Shown here: piece after piece, positions 56,946 to 64,000 of the stretch
Position numbering within the stretch: position 1 is the stretch's first letter
Layout of the letters: every line of letters begins with the position of its first letter
NCBI GenBank assembly: GCA_947259585.1
Contig: CAMYMV010000002.1
Span: 3,925-67,924 of the forward strand
Direction of reading: 5' to 3'
DNA: 64,000 nucleotides
Source: an uncultured Gemmatimonadales bacterium
GTDB taxonomy: Bacteria; Gemmatimonadota; Gemmatimonadetes; Palauibacterales; Palauibacteraceae
Notes under the pieces: model-generated
What the model saw: the letters and a program-made list of their open reading frames with translations, nothing else
What the model was told of the DNA's origin: nothing
Databases searched by the model: none
Program-made: the position numbers and the translations under genes

Positions 56946-57326
56946 ATGGGCGTGTCCCTGAACGGGGGCGGCGAGGACCAGAGCATGGACCATCGCCTTC
57001 GGGAGTTGGGCAGGACCGTTTCCCCTTCCGAGATCGCCGAAGTCTGGGTGTTTCCGCCGCTCGAGACGCTGGAGGGCTCCACGGAGTTCTTCCTGTTCAC
57101 GCGCTTCGATGGTGACCGACGCCGGCTGTACAGCGCGTGCCTATCGCCGGGAGTCAGGCCGAACGGGAATTCCGGCCAGAGGATCACCGAGCACGGACTC
57201 GTGCCAGCAGACCGGGTGCCGCTGATGGTGGCGCAGCTCCAGCGCAGACTGGGCGAGTTCTCCGACCCTCTCCACCTGGAGATCGGCGGTAGCGACGAGC
57301 GCTGGGCGGAGCTCACGACGGACTGA
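56946..57326 (+). CDS. Hypothetical protein
   Basis: ORF only; followed by a rho-independent terminator-like hairpin. Confidence 0.35.
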   Translation: MGVSLNGGGEDQSMDHRLRELGRTVSPSEIAEVWVFPPLETLEGSTEFFLFTRFDGDRRRLYSACLSPGVRPNGNSGQRITEHGLVPADRVPLMVAQLQRRLGEFSDPLHLEIGGSDERWAELTTD

Positions 57327-57347
57327 GTCCGCGTCGATTTCGTCTCG

Positions 57348-57383
57348 CAGCCCGGGCCCCGAGCCCGGGCTTTCTCTTTCTCC
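57348..57383 (+). terminator. Rho-independent terminator candidate (CCCGGGC-CCCGA-GCCCGGG hairpin followed by a T-rich tract CTTTCTCTTTCTC)
   Basis: Seen directly: a 7-bp GC stem with a pyrimidine-rich run downstream of the 56946..57326 ORF. Confidence 0.45.
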
Positions 57384-57487
57384 CCGTCCTCCCGGATTCC
57401 TCCGGGATGCGCCATTTGATCGCCCACCAAGGGACCCTTACGTTGTCGCCTTCCGTATAAGCGAGCGGTTCAAACGGAGAGAAGGGT

Positions 57488-57937
57488 GTGACCGAAGCGA
57501 TACATGGCGCGGCGGGCGAATCGGTGGAGCGCGAGTTCAGACGCGCGCTCGGGGCGGGTGGCCATCGGTACACGACACAGCGCGCCGCGGTGTACGACAC
57601 GCTGTATGCAGCGTCGAGCCATCCGACGGCCGACGAGATCTTCTCGCGCGTCCGGTCTCAGATTCCCGACATCAGCCTGGCCACCGTCTACAAGGCGTTG
57701 GAGGCGTTCGTGAGCTGCGGGATCGCCACCAAGCTCACGATGGGAGATGGTCCGGCGAAGTACGACGGTCGGATGGATGATCATCACCACATACGCTGCG
57801 TGAGTTGTGGCTGCGTCACCGACATCGACCAGGCCTCTTCACCCGATTGGCTTCGCACGGTGTCCCTTCTAACCGACTTCGAGGTCCTGGGTTACCGGCT
57901 GGAGCTGGTCGGGACCTGTCCAGACTGCCTGGCCTGA
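57488..57937 (+). CDS. Fur family transcriptional regulator (Fur/Zur/PerR)
   Basis: DNA-binding helix TQRAAVYDTLYAA...HPTADEIF. Metal sites HHHIRCVSCG and C-terminal CPDC. Confidence 0.9.
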   Translation: MTEAIHGAAGESVEREFRRALGAGGHRYTTQRAAVYDTLYAASSHPTADEIFSRVRSQIPDISLATVYKALEAFVSCGIATKLTMGDGPAKYDGRMDDHHHIRCVSCGCVTDIDQASSPDWLRTVSLLTDFEVLGYRLELVGTCPDCLA

Positions 57938-57966
57938 GCCCCCGCTCCCGCCGCCCAGCCACATAG

Positions 57967-58704
57967 ATGGACTCCCTGGGGATAGGGTTCACGGCCGCGT
58001 TCGCGGCTGGCCTGCTTTCGTTTCTCTCCCCCTGCGTCCTGCCTCTCGTGCCCTCGTACCTCTCCTTCGTGACAGGCCTCGGCATGGAGGAGCTCGAGAG
58101 CGGCGACGCCGAGCTTCGGCGCACGACGATGATCCACTCCCTTCTCTTCGTGGCGGGTTTCAGCTCGATCTTTCTGGCTTTGGGCGCCTCGGCCAGCTTC
58201 CTGGGTCAGATCCTCAGGGAGTATCAGGTCTGGATCGCGCGCATCGGGGGCGTGATCGTCCTCCTCTTCGGCCTCCATCTTCTCGGCCTCACACCGTTTC
58301 GCTGGCTGCAGCGAGAGCGCCGCATGCACCTGGAGCGCAAGCCGGTGGGCTACGTCGGATCGTTCCTGGTCGGTGTGACGTTCGGAGCGGGCTGGACGCC
58401 GTGCATCGGACCGATCCTGGGTGGGATCCTCACCTTCGCCGCAACGCGGCAGACGCTGGGCGAGGGCGTTCTGTTGCTCGCCTTCTACTCGGCGGGACTC
58501 GCGGTCCCATTCATCCTGAGCGCGGTGGGATTCACGTGGTTTCTGGCCACGTTCAAGCGGCTGCGAAGGCACATCGTGTGGGTGGAGCGAACAAGCGGGG
58601 CTCTTCTCGTCCTCGTCGGCCTGCTTCTGCTGAGCGGTCAGTTCACGATGCTCGCCTCGTGGGCGGCGAACCTCACGCCGGACTGGATCCTGGAACGGAT
58701 CTAG
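57967..58704 (+). CDS. ccdA: Cytochrome c-type biogenesis protein CcdA (DsbD transmembrane domain family)
   Basis: LSFLSPCVLPLVPSYLSF and a second conserved Cys in GWTPCIGPILG. Confidence 0.9.
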   Translation: MDSLGIGFTAAFAAGLLSFLSPCVLPLVPSYLSFVTGLGMEELESGDAELRRTTMIHSLLFVAGFSSIFLALGASASFLGQILREYQVWIARIGGVIVLLFGLHLLGLTPFRWLQRERRMHLERKPVGYVGSFLVGVTFGAGWTPCIGPILGGILTFAATRQTLGEGVLLLAFYSAGLAVPFILSAVGFTWFLATFKRLRRHIVWVERTSGALLVLVGLLLLSGQFTMLASWAANLTPDWILERI

Positions 58705-58731
58705 ACACCCGGCCGGGGCAGGGACACCGGT

Positions 58732-60504
58732 TCAGGAAGCGGTTCGACTGACGAGCGCCTCCTCGCGTTCGATCTCCTCGCTGAGCAGCTGCCGCTCCAG
58801 GAGTCGCTTGTAGACGCCGTCGAGCTCGAGGAGATCCCGGTGCCGCCCCTGTTCCACGAGCCGCCCCTCTTCGAGCACGAAGATCACGTCTGCATCCCGG
58901 ACGGCAGACACGCGGTGCGAGACCAGGATGGAGCTGCGGCCTCGCATGTACTGCCGAAGCTCGTGCAGGATCGCCGTCTCCGTCACCGAGTCTACGGCCG
59001 ACAGCGCGTCGTCCAGGATGAGCACCGGCGTATCGCGATAGAGCGCCCTCGCCAGAGTCGCTCGCTGCTTCTGTCCACCCGACAGGTTGATGCCCCGTTC
59101 ACCGAGGTGCGTGTCGATGCCCTCCGGCAGGACGGCGAGCGCCTCCGTGAGGTGGGCGATGTCGACCGCCTCCATCAGCCGGTCGATGTCCGCCTCCTCC
59201 GCGCCGTGCAGCGCGATGTTCCGCTTCAGTCGCATGCTGAACAGGAAGGACTCCTGCGGAACGACCGAGACCGCGTCCCGAACCGCCGCGAGAGGGAGCT
59301 TCCTCACATCCACTCCGTCGAACAGTACGGTGCCCTCGGTCGCGTCGTAGAGCCGCGGGAGCAGCCGCACGAGCGTCGATTTTCCACTACCCGTCTGACC
59401 GACGATCGCCGCGGTTTGCCCCGGCTCGATAACGAGCGAAATGTCCTTCAGTACCCAGCGCTCGGTGTCCGGGTAACGGAAGGAGACGTCCCGGAGCTCC
59501 ACGCGCCCTCTGAGTGCCCCGATCGCCAGCGGCGATGGATCTTCGGCGATGGATGGGACGACCGACATCAGCTCGTTGATCCTCCTCATCGAGGCTGCGC
59601 CACGCTGGAAAAGGTTCGTAACCCAACCGAGGGCGATCATCGGCCAGCTGAGGAGGGTCAGGTAGAACCCGAACGCCACGAAGTCGCCGACCGTGATCCG
59701 CCCTGCGATGACGAGGCTTCCGCCGTACCAGAGCAGGATCACCGCCCCGATTCCGGTGAGCAGGATGAGTGACGGGTGGAAGGCGCCCCAGACGCGCGCC
59801 AGGCTCATGTTGCGGTCCAGGTACTCCTCGTTCAGCTGGGCGAAGCGCCTGACCTGGGCCTCCTCCTGGGTGTACGCCTTCACGATCCGGATGCTCGAGA
59901 GGAACTCCTGGCTGTAGTTGGAGAGCTCGGCAAACTGGCTCTGGATCTTCTCGAAGCGGTCGTGAATCTGCCGGCCGAACAGAAAGACGGCGGCCGGCAG
60001 GATAGCCAGCGGGATCATGGCGAGCAGCGTGAGGACGGGGTCGATCCATATCATCAACAGAAGGGCGAGCGTGCTCACCGTGGCCGTGTTCACCGCGTAC
60101 ATGATCGCCGGCCCGGCTACCATCCGGACGGCCAGCACATCGTTGGTGGCCCTACTCATCAGGTCTCCGGTCCGCCAGCTGTCGTAGAACTGCGCCGGAA
60201 GCCTGAGGAGGTGGCCGAAGAGATCGTTTCGCAGGTCCGTCTCGATGCGTCGGCTGATCCCGTTCAGAAGCTCGCGCATGTAGTAGCGGCTGATGCCGGC
60301 GAGGATGGCTACGAGAACGATAAGAATCGCGTAACGCACTATGAGCGATCTGCTTAGCTCGGCCTCCAGCGCGTCGATCGCTGCCTTCAACAGGTAGGGG
60401 CCGAGCAGCGTGAAGATGTTTCCGATCACCACCAGCACGAGGCCGGTGAGGATTCCCCTGTGGTAGGGCTTGAAGTAGGGAATGAGAGCGCGAAGACTCT
60501 TCAT
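58732..60504 (-). CDS. ABC transporter, fused permease/ATP-binding exporter (MsbA-like)
   Basis: 6-TM domain. Walker A GQTGSGKST, signature LSGGQKQR, Walker B ILILDDALSAVD. Confidence 0.9.
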   Translation of the reverse strand: MKSLRALIPYFKPYHRGILTGLVLVVIGNIFTLLGPYLLKAAIDALEAELSRSLIVRYAILIVLVAILAGISRYYMRELLNGISRRIETDLRNDLFGHLLRLPAQFYDSWRTGDLMSRATNDVLAVRMVAGPAIMYAVNTATVSTLALLLMIWIDPVLTLLAMIPLAILPAAVFLFGRQIHDRFEKIQSQFAELSNYSQEFLSSIRIVKAYTQEEAQVRRFAQLNEEYLDRNMSLARVWGAFHPSLILLTGIGAVILLWYGGSLVIAGRITVGDFVAFGFYLTLLSWPMIALGWVTNLFQRGAASMRRINELMSVVPSIAEDPSPLAIGALRGRVELRDVSFRYPDTERWVLKDISLVIEPGQTAAIVGQTGSGKSTLVRLLPRLYDATEGTVLFDGVDVRKLPLAAVRDAVSVVPQESFLFSMRLKRNIALHGAEEADIDRLMEAVDIAHLTEALAVLPEGIDTHLGERGINLSGGQKQRATLARALYRDTPVLILDDALSAVDSVTETAILHELRQYMRGRSSILVSHRVSAVRDADVIFVLEEGRLVEQGRHRDLLELDGVYKRLLERQLLSEEIEREEALVSRTAS

Positions 60505-60624
60505 TTGCTCCAGACCTGCGAAGTTGCCGTGACCTCAAGCGCCCCCGAAGGGTCCATCGATTGAGGGCCGATGAGCGCACCAAGGTAAATATCGCGGTAT
60601 TCACGTTCAACGTGGAGAGGCAGG

Positions 60625-61614
60625 ATGGGCGGCATTACCGAACTGAGGAGGTCAGGAGCCGATCGCGGCTCCCGCTTGCCCGGGATGCTGGCGCTCACTC
60701 TCGCCGGCCTCCTCACGGTAGGGGCCGTCGCTTGCGGCGGAGACCCCGAGATCGAGCCCGAGGCGGCCGTGGACACGCTCGCACTGCTCGATCGAGAGCT
60801 GGATCTGGCGATGAGCGGCGACACGTCTCCCGCCGAGCTGCGGGACAGACCGCGTGGCGCCCTCCAGCCCGCTGAGCGTCCGGACTCTCGGCCGGTGGAC
60901 CGGCGATCCCCGCCAGCGCCGGCGCCGCCTGCCACCTCGCCGAAGACCCCGCCGGCCGAGGATCCCTCCCCCGCGGAACGGGCCTCGGCGGAGCCGGAGC
61001 GTGAGGAGGCGGCCGGTGAATCGAGCCGCGATGGGGGCGAGCCGGCCGACAGAGGCAACTCGTCCGGGCCCGGACTCGCTCTCCGGAGCGTCGCTGGCGG
61101 CGCCACGTTCGAGGTGACGCTCAACCAGGAGCTCAGCACCCGTCACAACCGTGTCGGAGACCTGTTCTCGGCGACTCTCGTGGATCCCTTGACCGACGGC
61201 CGACTGGTTCTCGTGCCTGCCGGTGCCCTGGTGGTCGGCGAGGTGACGGCGGTGGAGGAATCCGGGGGCCACGGCCAGACGGCGATCATCAACCTCGACA
61301 TCCACGAGGTGTCGTTCGACGGGGAGACCCATCCTCTGGAGGCCTCCATCCTCGAGGCGAACCCCGAAACGCGGTCCCGCAGCTCGACCGGCGCCAAGGC
61401 CGCCAAGATCGGCGGTGCGGCCGTGGTCGGGGCCATACTAGGCCGGGTGATCGGCGGTGACGCGCTGGGGACAATCATCGGAACCGCCGTCGGCGGCGCC
61501 GCCGGAACGGCCATCGTGCTGGGGACGGATGACGTGGATGCGGTTCTCCCCCGGGGTTCGAGAATGCTCCTCAGACTCGACGCTCCGCTCGAGATGCAGG
61601 TAGCCATGCCCTGA
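60625..61614 (+). CDS. Hypothetical lipoprotein with Pro/Ala/Glu-rich linker and C-terminal glycine-zipper segment
   Basis: Lipobox LTVGAVAC. Low-complexity PAPAPPATSPKTPP. C-terminal GxxxG zipper (IGGAAVVGAILGRVIGGDALGTIIGTAVGGAAGTAIVLG), as in SlyB/17-kDa antigen family. Confidence 0.5.
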   Translation: MGGITELRRSGADRGSRLPGMLALTLAGLLTVGAVACGGDPEIEPEAAVDTLALLDRELDLAMSGDTSPAELRDRPRGALQPAERPDSRPVDRRSPPAPAPPATSPKTPPAEDPSPAERASAEPEREEAAGESSRDGGEPADRGNSSGPGLALRSVAGGATFEVTLNQELSTRHNRVGDLFSATLVDPLTDGRLVLVPAGALVVGEVTAVEESGGHGQTAIINLDIHEVSFDGETHPLEASILEANPETRSRSSTGAKAAKIGGAAVVGAILGRVIGGDALGTIIGTAVGGAAGTAIVLGTDDVDAVLPRGSRMLLRLDAPLEMQVAMP

Positions 61615-61695
61615 GCCAGCGCGCCGGAGGCCTGTGGATCTTTCGCCCGAGCGGGTCGTTCTACGGTAGTACGCGAGCGAAAGGGACCTGCCGGC

Positions 61696-62487
61696 ATGCG
61701 CAAGACCAAAACCCTCCTTACGGCGACTCTCATGGCCATCGCCCTCGCCGGGGCGCAGGATGCCGCCCTCGGCCAGGAGCGATCCGGAGCGGTGGTGGGG
61801 AACGTGTTCATGGCCGAGGACAACTCGCCGCTCTCCGATGTGACGGTCAGGATCATGGGGACGGAGATCCAGTCGATCTCCGACAGCCTCGGCGCCTTCC
61901 GACTCGAGGGGGTCCCGGCCGGTGAACACACGTTGAGCGTGAGCTACCTGAACATGGTCTCTGATGTCGCCGGAAGCGTGGCCGTCGCCCTGGCCGATGG
62001 CGAGACGATCTGGCTCAGCATCGAGCTCGAGGTCACGGTCGTTCCGGTGCCCGAGCTCGTCGTCCGGATCGAGCGGGCCGACAACGTCGGCAAGATGGCC
62101 GGGTTCGATCACCGCAGGGCTACGGGGTTCGGGAGCTTCATCACGCGCGAAGAGATCGAGCGAGCGCGCCCCAGCCGAATCAGCCAGCTGTTCTACGCGG
62201 TTGCCGGGGTCCGGGTCGTGCCGGCGCCCAACAACGACATTCTCGGCACACGGCTGGTTTCCGCCCGAGCAGGCGGCATCAACTGCTACATGGAGCTCTT
62301 CCTGGACGGAATACGGCAGCCGTCCGAAGGATTCAACATCGATCTGCTTCCGCCCGAAGACATAGAGGCGATCGAGGTCTACGCCGGAAGCTCCCGCACG
62401 CCGGCGATCTTCGCCCGCCGTGGCTCTCCCTGTGGGGCCGTGGTGATCTGGACTCGGGATCCGACCCGCCAGGACCGGGAGCCCTAG
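61696..62487 (+). CDS. Secreted protein with CarboxypepD_reg-like domain and TonB-receptor Plug-like domain (no beta-barrel)
   Basis: Signal peptide. VVGNVFMAEDNSPLSDVTVRIMGT...EGVPAGEHTLSVSY (CarbopepD_reg). Plug-like SRISQLFYAVAGVRVV...IEAIEVY. Confidence 0.55.
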   Translation: MRKTKTLLTATLMAIALAGAQDAALGQERSGAVVGNVFMAEDNSPLSDVTVRIMGTEIQSISDSLGAFRLEGVPAGEHTLSVSYLNMVSDVAGSVAVALADGETIWLSIELEVTVVPVPELVVRIERADNVGKMAGFDHRRATGFGSFITREEIERARPSRISQLFYAVAGVRVVPAPNNDILGTRLVSARAGGINCYMELFLDGIRQPSEGFNIDLLPPEDIEAIEVYAGSSRTPAIFARRGSPCGAVVIWTRDPTRQDREP

Positions 62488-62492
62488 CGCGG

Positions 62493-64000
62493 TCAGTAAC
62501 CGAGCGCGGCCCCTCCGCCTCGTGGATCCGCCGCACCGTATCTGACGCCGTCCGGCGACACGTAGATCGACTGCACGTCGCCCGAGAACCCGGCGCGCTC
62601 CTCGATCCGGTGGCCCCTGCGCTCCAGCTCTTCGATCACCGACGGCTCGAGGCCGCCCCGCTCGTAGCGGAGCAGATCCGGCAGGTGCTGGTGGTGGACC
62701 CGGGGAGCGTTCACGGCCTGCTGGGCGCCGAGCCCGTGATCGAGTTGGGCGACGACAACCTGCAGCACCGAGGTCGTGATCGTCGGACCGCCGGGCGTTC
62801 CGGTCACGAGCTCGGTCCTGCCGTCCGGAGCGACCACGATGGTCGGCGTCATGGCTGACAGCATCCGCTTTCCCGGGGCGATGGAGTTCGACTCTCCCTG
62901 GACCAGTCCGTACATGTTCGGCTCGCCCGGCCTGGTCGTGAAGTCATCCATCTCGTTGTTGAGGAGGAATCCCGCTCCGCGCACGACGGCTGCCGATCCG
63001 AACGAGCCGTTGATGGTCGTGGTCACGGCGACGGCGTTTCCGGCCGAGTCCAGGACGGAGTAGTGCGTCGTCTGAGCGGATTCAGGCGCGACCGCCACGT
63101 CGGGCTCCGATGGCGTGGCCCGCTCCGGATCGATCGTCTTTCCGAGAGAATCCAGGTAGGCAGGGCTGAGGAGGCGGTCGATCGGCACGCTCACGAAATC
63201 CGGGTCGCCGAGGTGGCGGTTGCGGTCGGCGTAGGCACGTCGCATGGCCTCCGTCATCAGGTGGATCTCGTCCGCGGAGCGGTACTCGAGGCCGCGCAGA
63301 TCGAAGCGCTCCAGCATGCCGAGCATCTCGCCGAGCACGACTCCACCACCGGATGGCGGCCCCATGGAGATGAGGCGCCGGCCGGCGTACTGGATGACGA
63401 TCGGCCCGCGCCAGATCGCCCGATACTCCTCGAGGTCGCGCTTCGAGATCAGGCCGCCGCCCCTCTCCATCTCCGCCACGACCGAGTCGGCGATCCAGCC
63501 ACGGTAGAAGGCGTGCGGGCCCGAATCGGAGATCGCCTCCAGCGAGCGTGCGAGGTCCGGCTGCCGAAGCACCGCCCCACGCGAGGGCGGGCGGCCATCC
63601 GGCAGGAAGATCGCAGCCGTCGCGGGAAAGTGGCTGAACCTCTCCAGCTGGGCGGTCAGCGCGTCGTGCAGGCGCTCGGACACGGGGAAGCCTTCGGCCG
63701 CCAGGCGACGGGCCGGCTCCAGCAGCCGGTCCCAGGCGAGCCGGCCGAACCGGCGGTGCGCCTTCGCCATCCCGGCGACGGAGCCGGGGACCCCGGCGGC
63801 CAGATGGCCGGTTCGGCTGGCGGAGCCGGCCTTTCCGTCTTCGTCGACGTACATGTCGCGCCCGGCCGCGAGCGGCGCCCTCTCCCGGAAGTCCAGGGTC
63901 GCCTCTCGTCCATCGGCCGTGCGGACGACCATGAAGCCGCCGCCTCCGAGGTTGCCTGCCTGCGGATAGACGACGGCGAGGGCGAAATGCACCGCCACGG
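62493..64000 (-). CDS. ggt: Gamma-glutamyltranspeptidase (GGT), N-terminus beyond the window edge
   Basis: GNLGGGGFMVV, autoprocessing Thr region (TTHYSVLDSAGNAVAVTTTIN), small-subunit GGxxI motifs. The ORF is still open at nt 64000. Confidence 0.85.
   Translation of the reverse strand, partial: VAVHFALAVVYPQAGNLGGGGFMVVRTADGREATLDFRERAPLAAGRDMYVDEDGKAGSASRTGHLAAGVPGSVAGMAKAHRRFGRLAWDRLLEPARRLAAEGFPVSERLHDALTAQLERFSHFPATAAIFLPDGRPPSRGAVLRQPDLARSLEAISDSGPHAFYRGWIADSVVAEMERGGGLISKRDLEEYRAIWRGPIVIQYAGRRLISMGPPSGGGVVLGEMLGMLERFDLRGLEYRSADEIHLMTEAMRRAYADRNRHLGDPDFVSVPIDRLLSPAYLDSLGKTIDPERATPSEPDVAVAPESAQTTHYSVLDSAGNAVAVTTTINGSFGSAAVVRGAGFLLNNEMDDFTTRPGEPNMYGLVQGESNSIAPGKRMLSAMTPTIVVAPDGRTELVTGTPGGPTITTSVLQVVVAQLDHGLGAQQAVNAPRVHHQHLPDLLRYERGGLEPSVIEELERRGHRIEERAGFSGDVQSIYVSPDGVRYGAADPRGGGAALGY

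Noticed and set aside
1-64000. Search for CRISPR arrays, tRNA/rRNA genes, transposases/integrases, toxin-antitoxin or phage-defence genes
   Set aside because: None recognised by eye. The window appears to be core chromosome. tRNA-scale structures cannot be excluded without covariance-model scanning.

Overview
High-GC (~68%) bacterial chromosomal window with dense coding on both strands. The architecture suggests Gemmatimonadota/Acidobacteriota: ECF sigma / Ser-Thr kinase-TPR pairs, many lipoproteins, a GWxTD-like protein. The most notable content is a complete bacterial microcompartment (BMC) operon on the minus strand (~27.6-34.7 kb). It encodes 1 BMC-H, 2 BMC-T (one tandem, one EutL/PduB-like permuted) and 3 BMC-P shell proteins. 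Its enzymes are a CoA-acylating aldehyde dehydrogenase, a deoxyribose-phosphate aldolase (DERA) and an RpiB-type ribose-5-phosphate isomerase, and each of the three carries an N-terminal extension resembling an encapsulation peptide. A TetR regulator sits at the head of the operon, with two AT-rich 16-bp palindromes (TTGATTGAnCAATCAA) immediately upstream. This matches the sugar-phosphate-utilising (SPU-like) BMC class, which is known only from bioinformatic catalogues and has no experimental characterisation. No PduL-type phosphotransacylase, alcohol dehydrogenase or acetate kinase is present in the locus. Other modules: an S9 peptidase followed by a PLP group-II decarboxylase; an ECF sigma gene translationally coupled (TTGA overlap) to a 1,100-aa Ser/Thr kinase-TM-TPR gene; pdxH divergent from an acyl-CoA synthetase; a molybdenum hydroxylase operon (large-[2Fe-2S]-FAD, xanthine dehydrogenase family) next to a GuaD-type guanine deaminase; an M8 (leishmanolysin-like) lipoprotein protease followed by an FHA-TM-trypsin-like protease; lgt, tpiA, an M16 peptidase, two ECF sigma / zinc anti-sigma pairs, and a thiol-redox/Fe-S/metal cluster (rhodanese, trxB, iscA/erpA, glyoxalase-II-like, DtxR, Fur, CcdA). 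The window also holds two NrnA paralogs, an unusual CoaE-PHP fusion, an NSS transporter with a small subunit, an ABC exporter and a partial GGT. No tRNA/rRNA, CRISPR or mobile elements were recognised. Many long ORFs in the track are GC-driven antisense or out-of-frame artefacts. Several gene starts were re-assigned from the ORF track on motif and RBS grounds.
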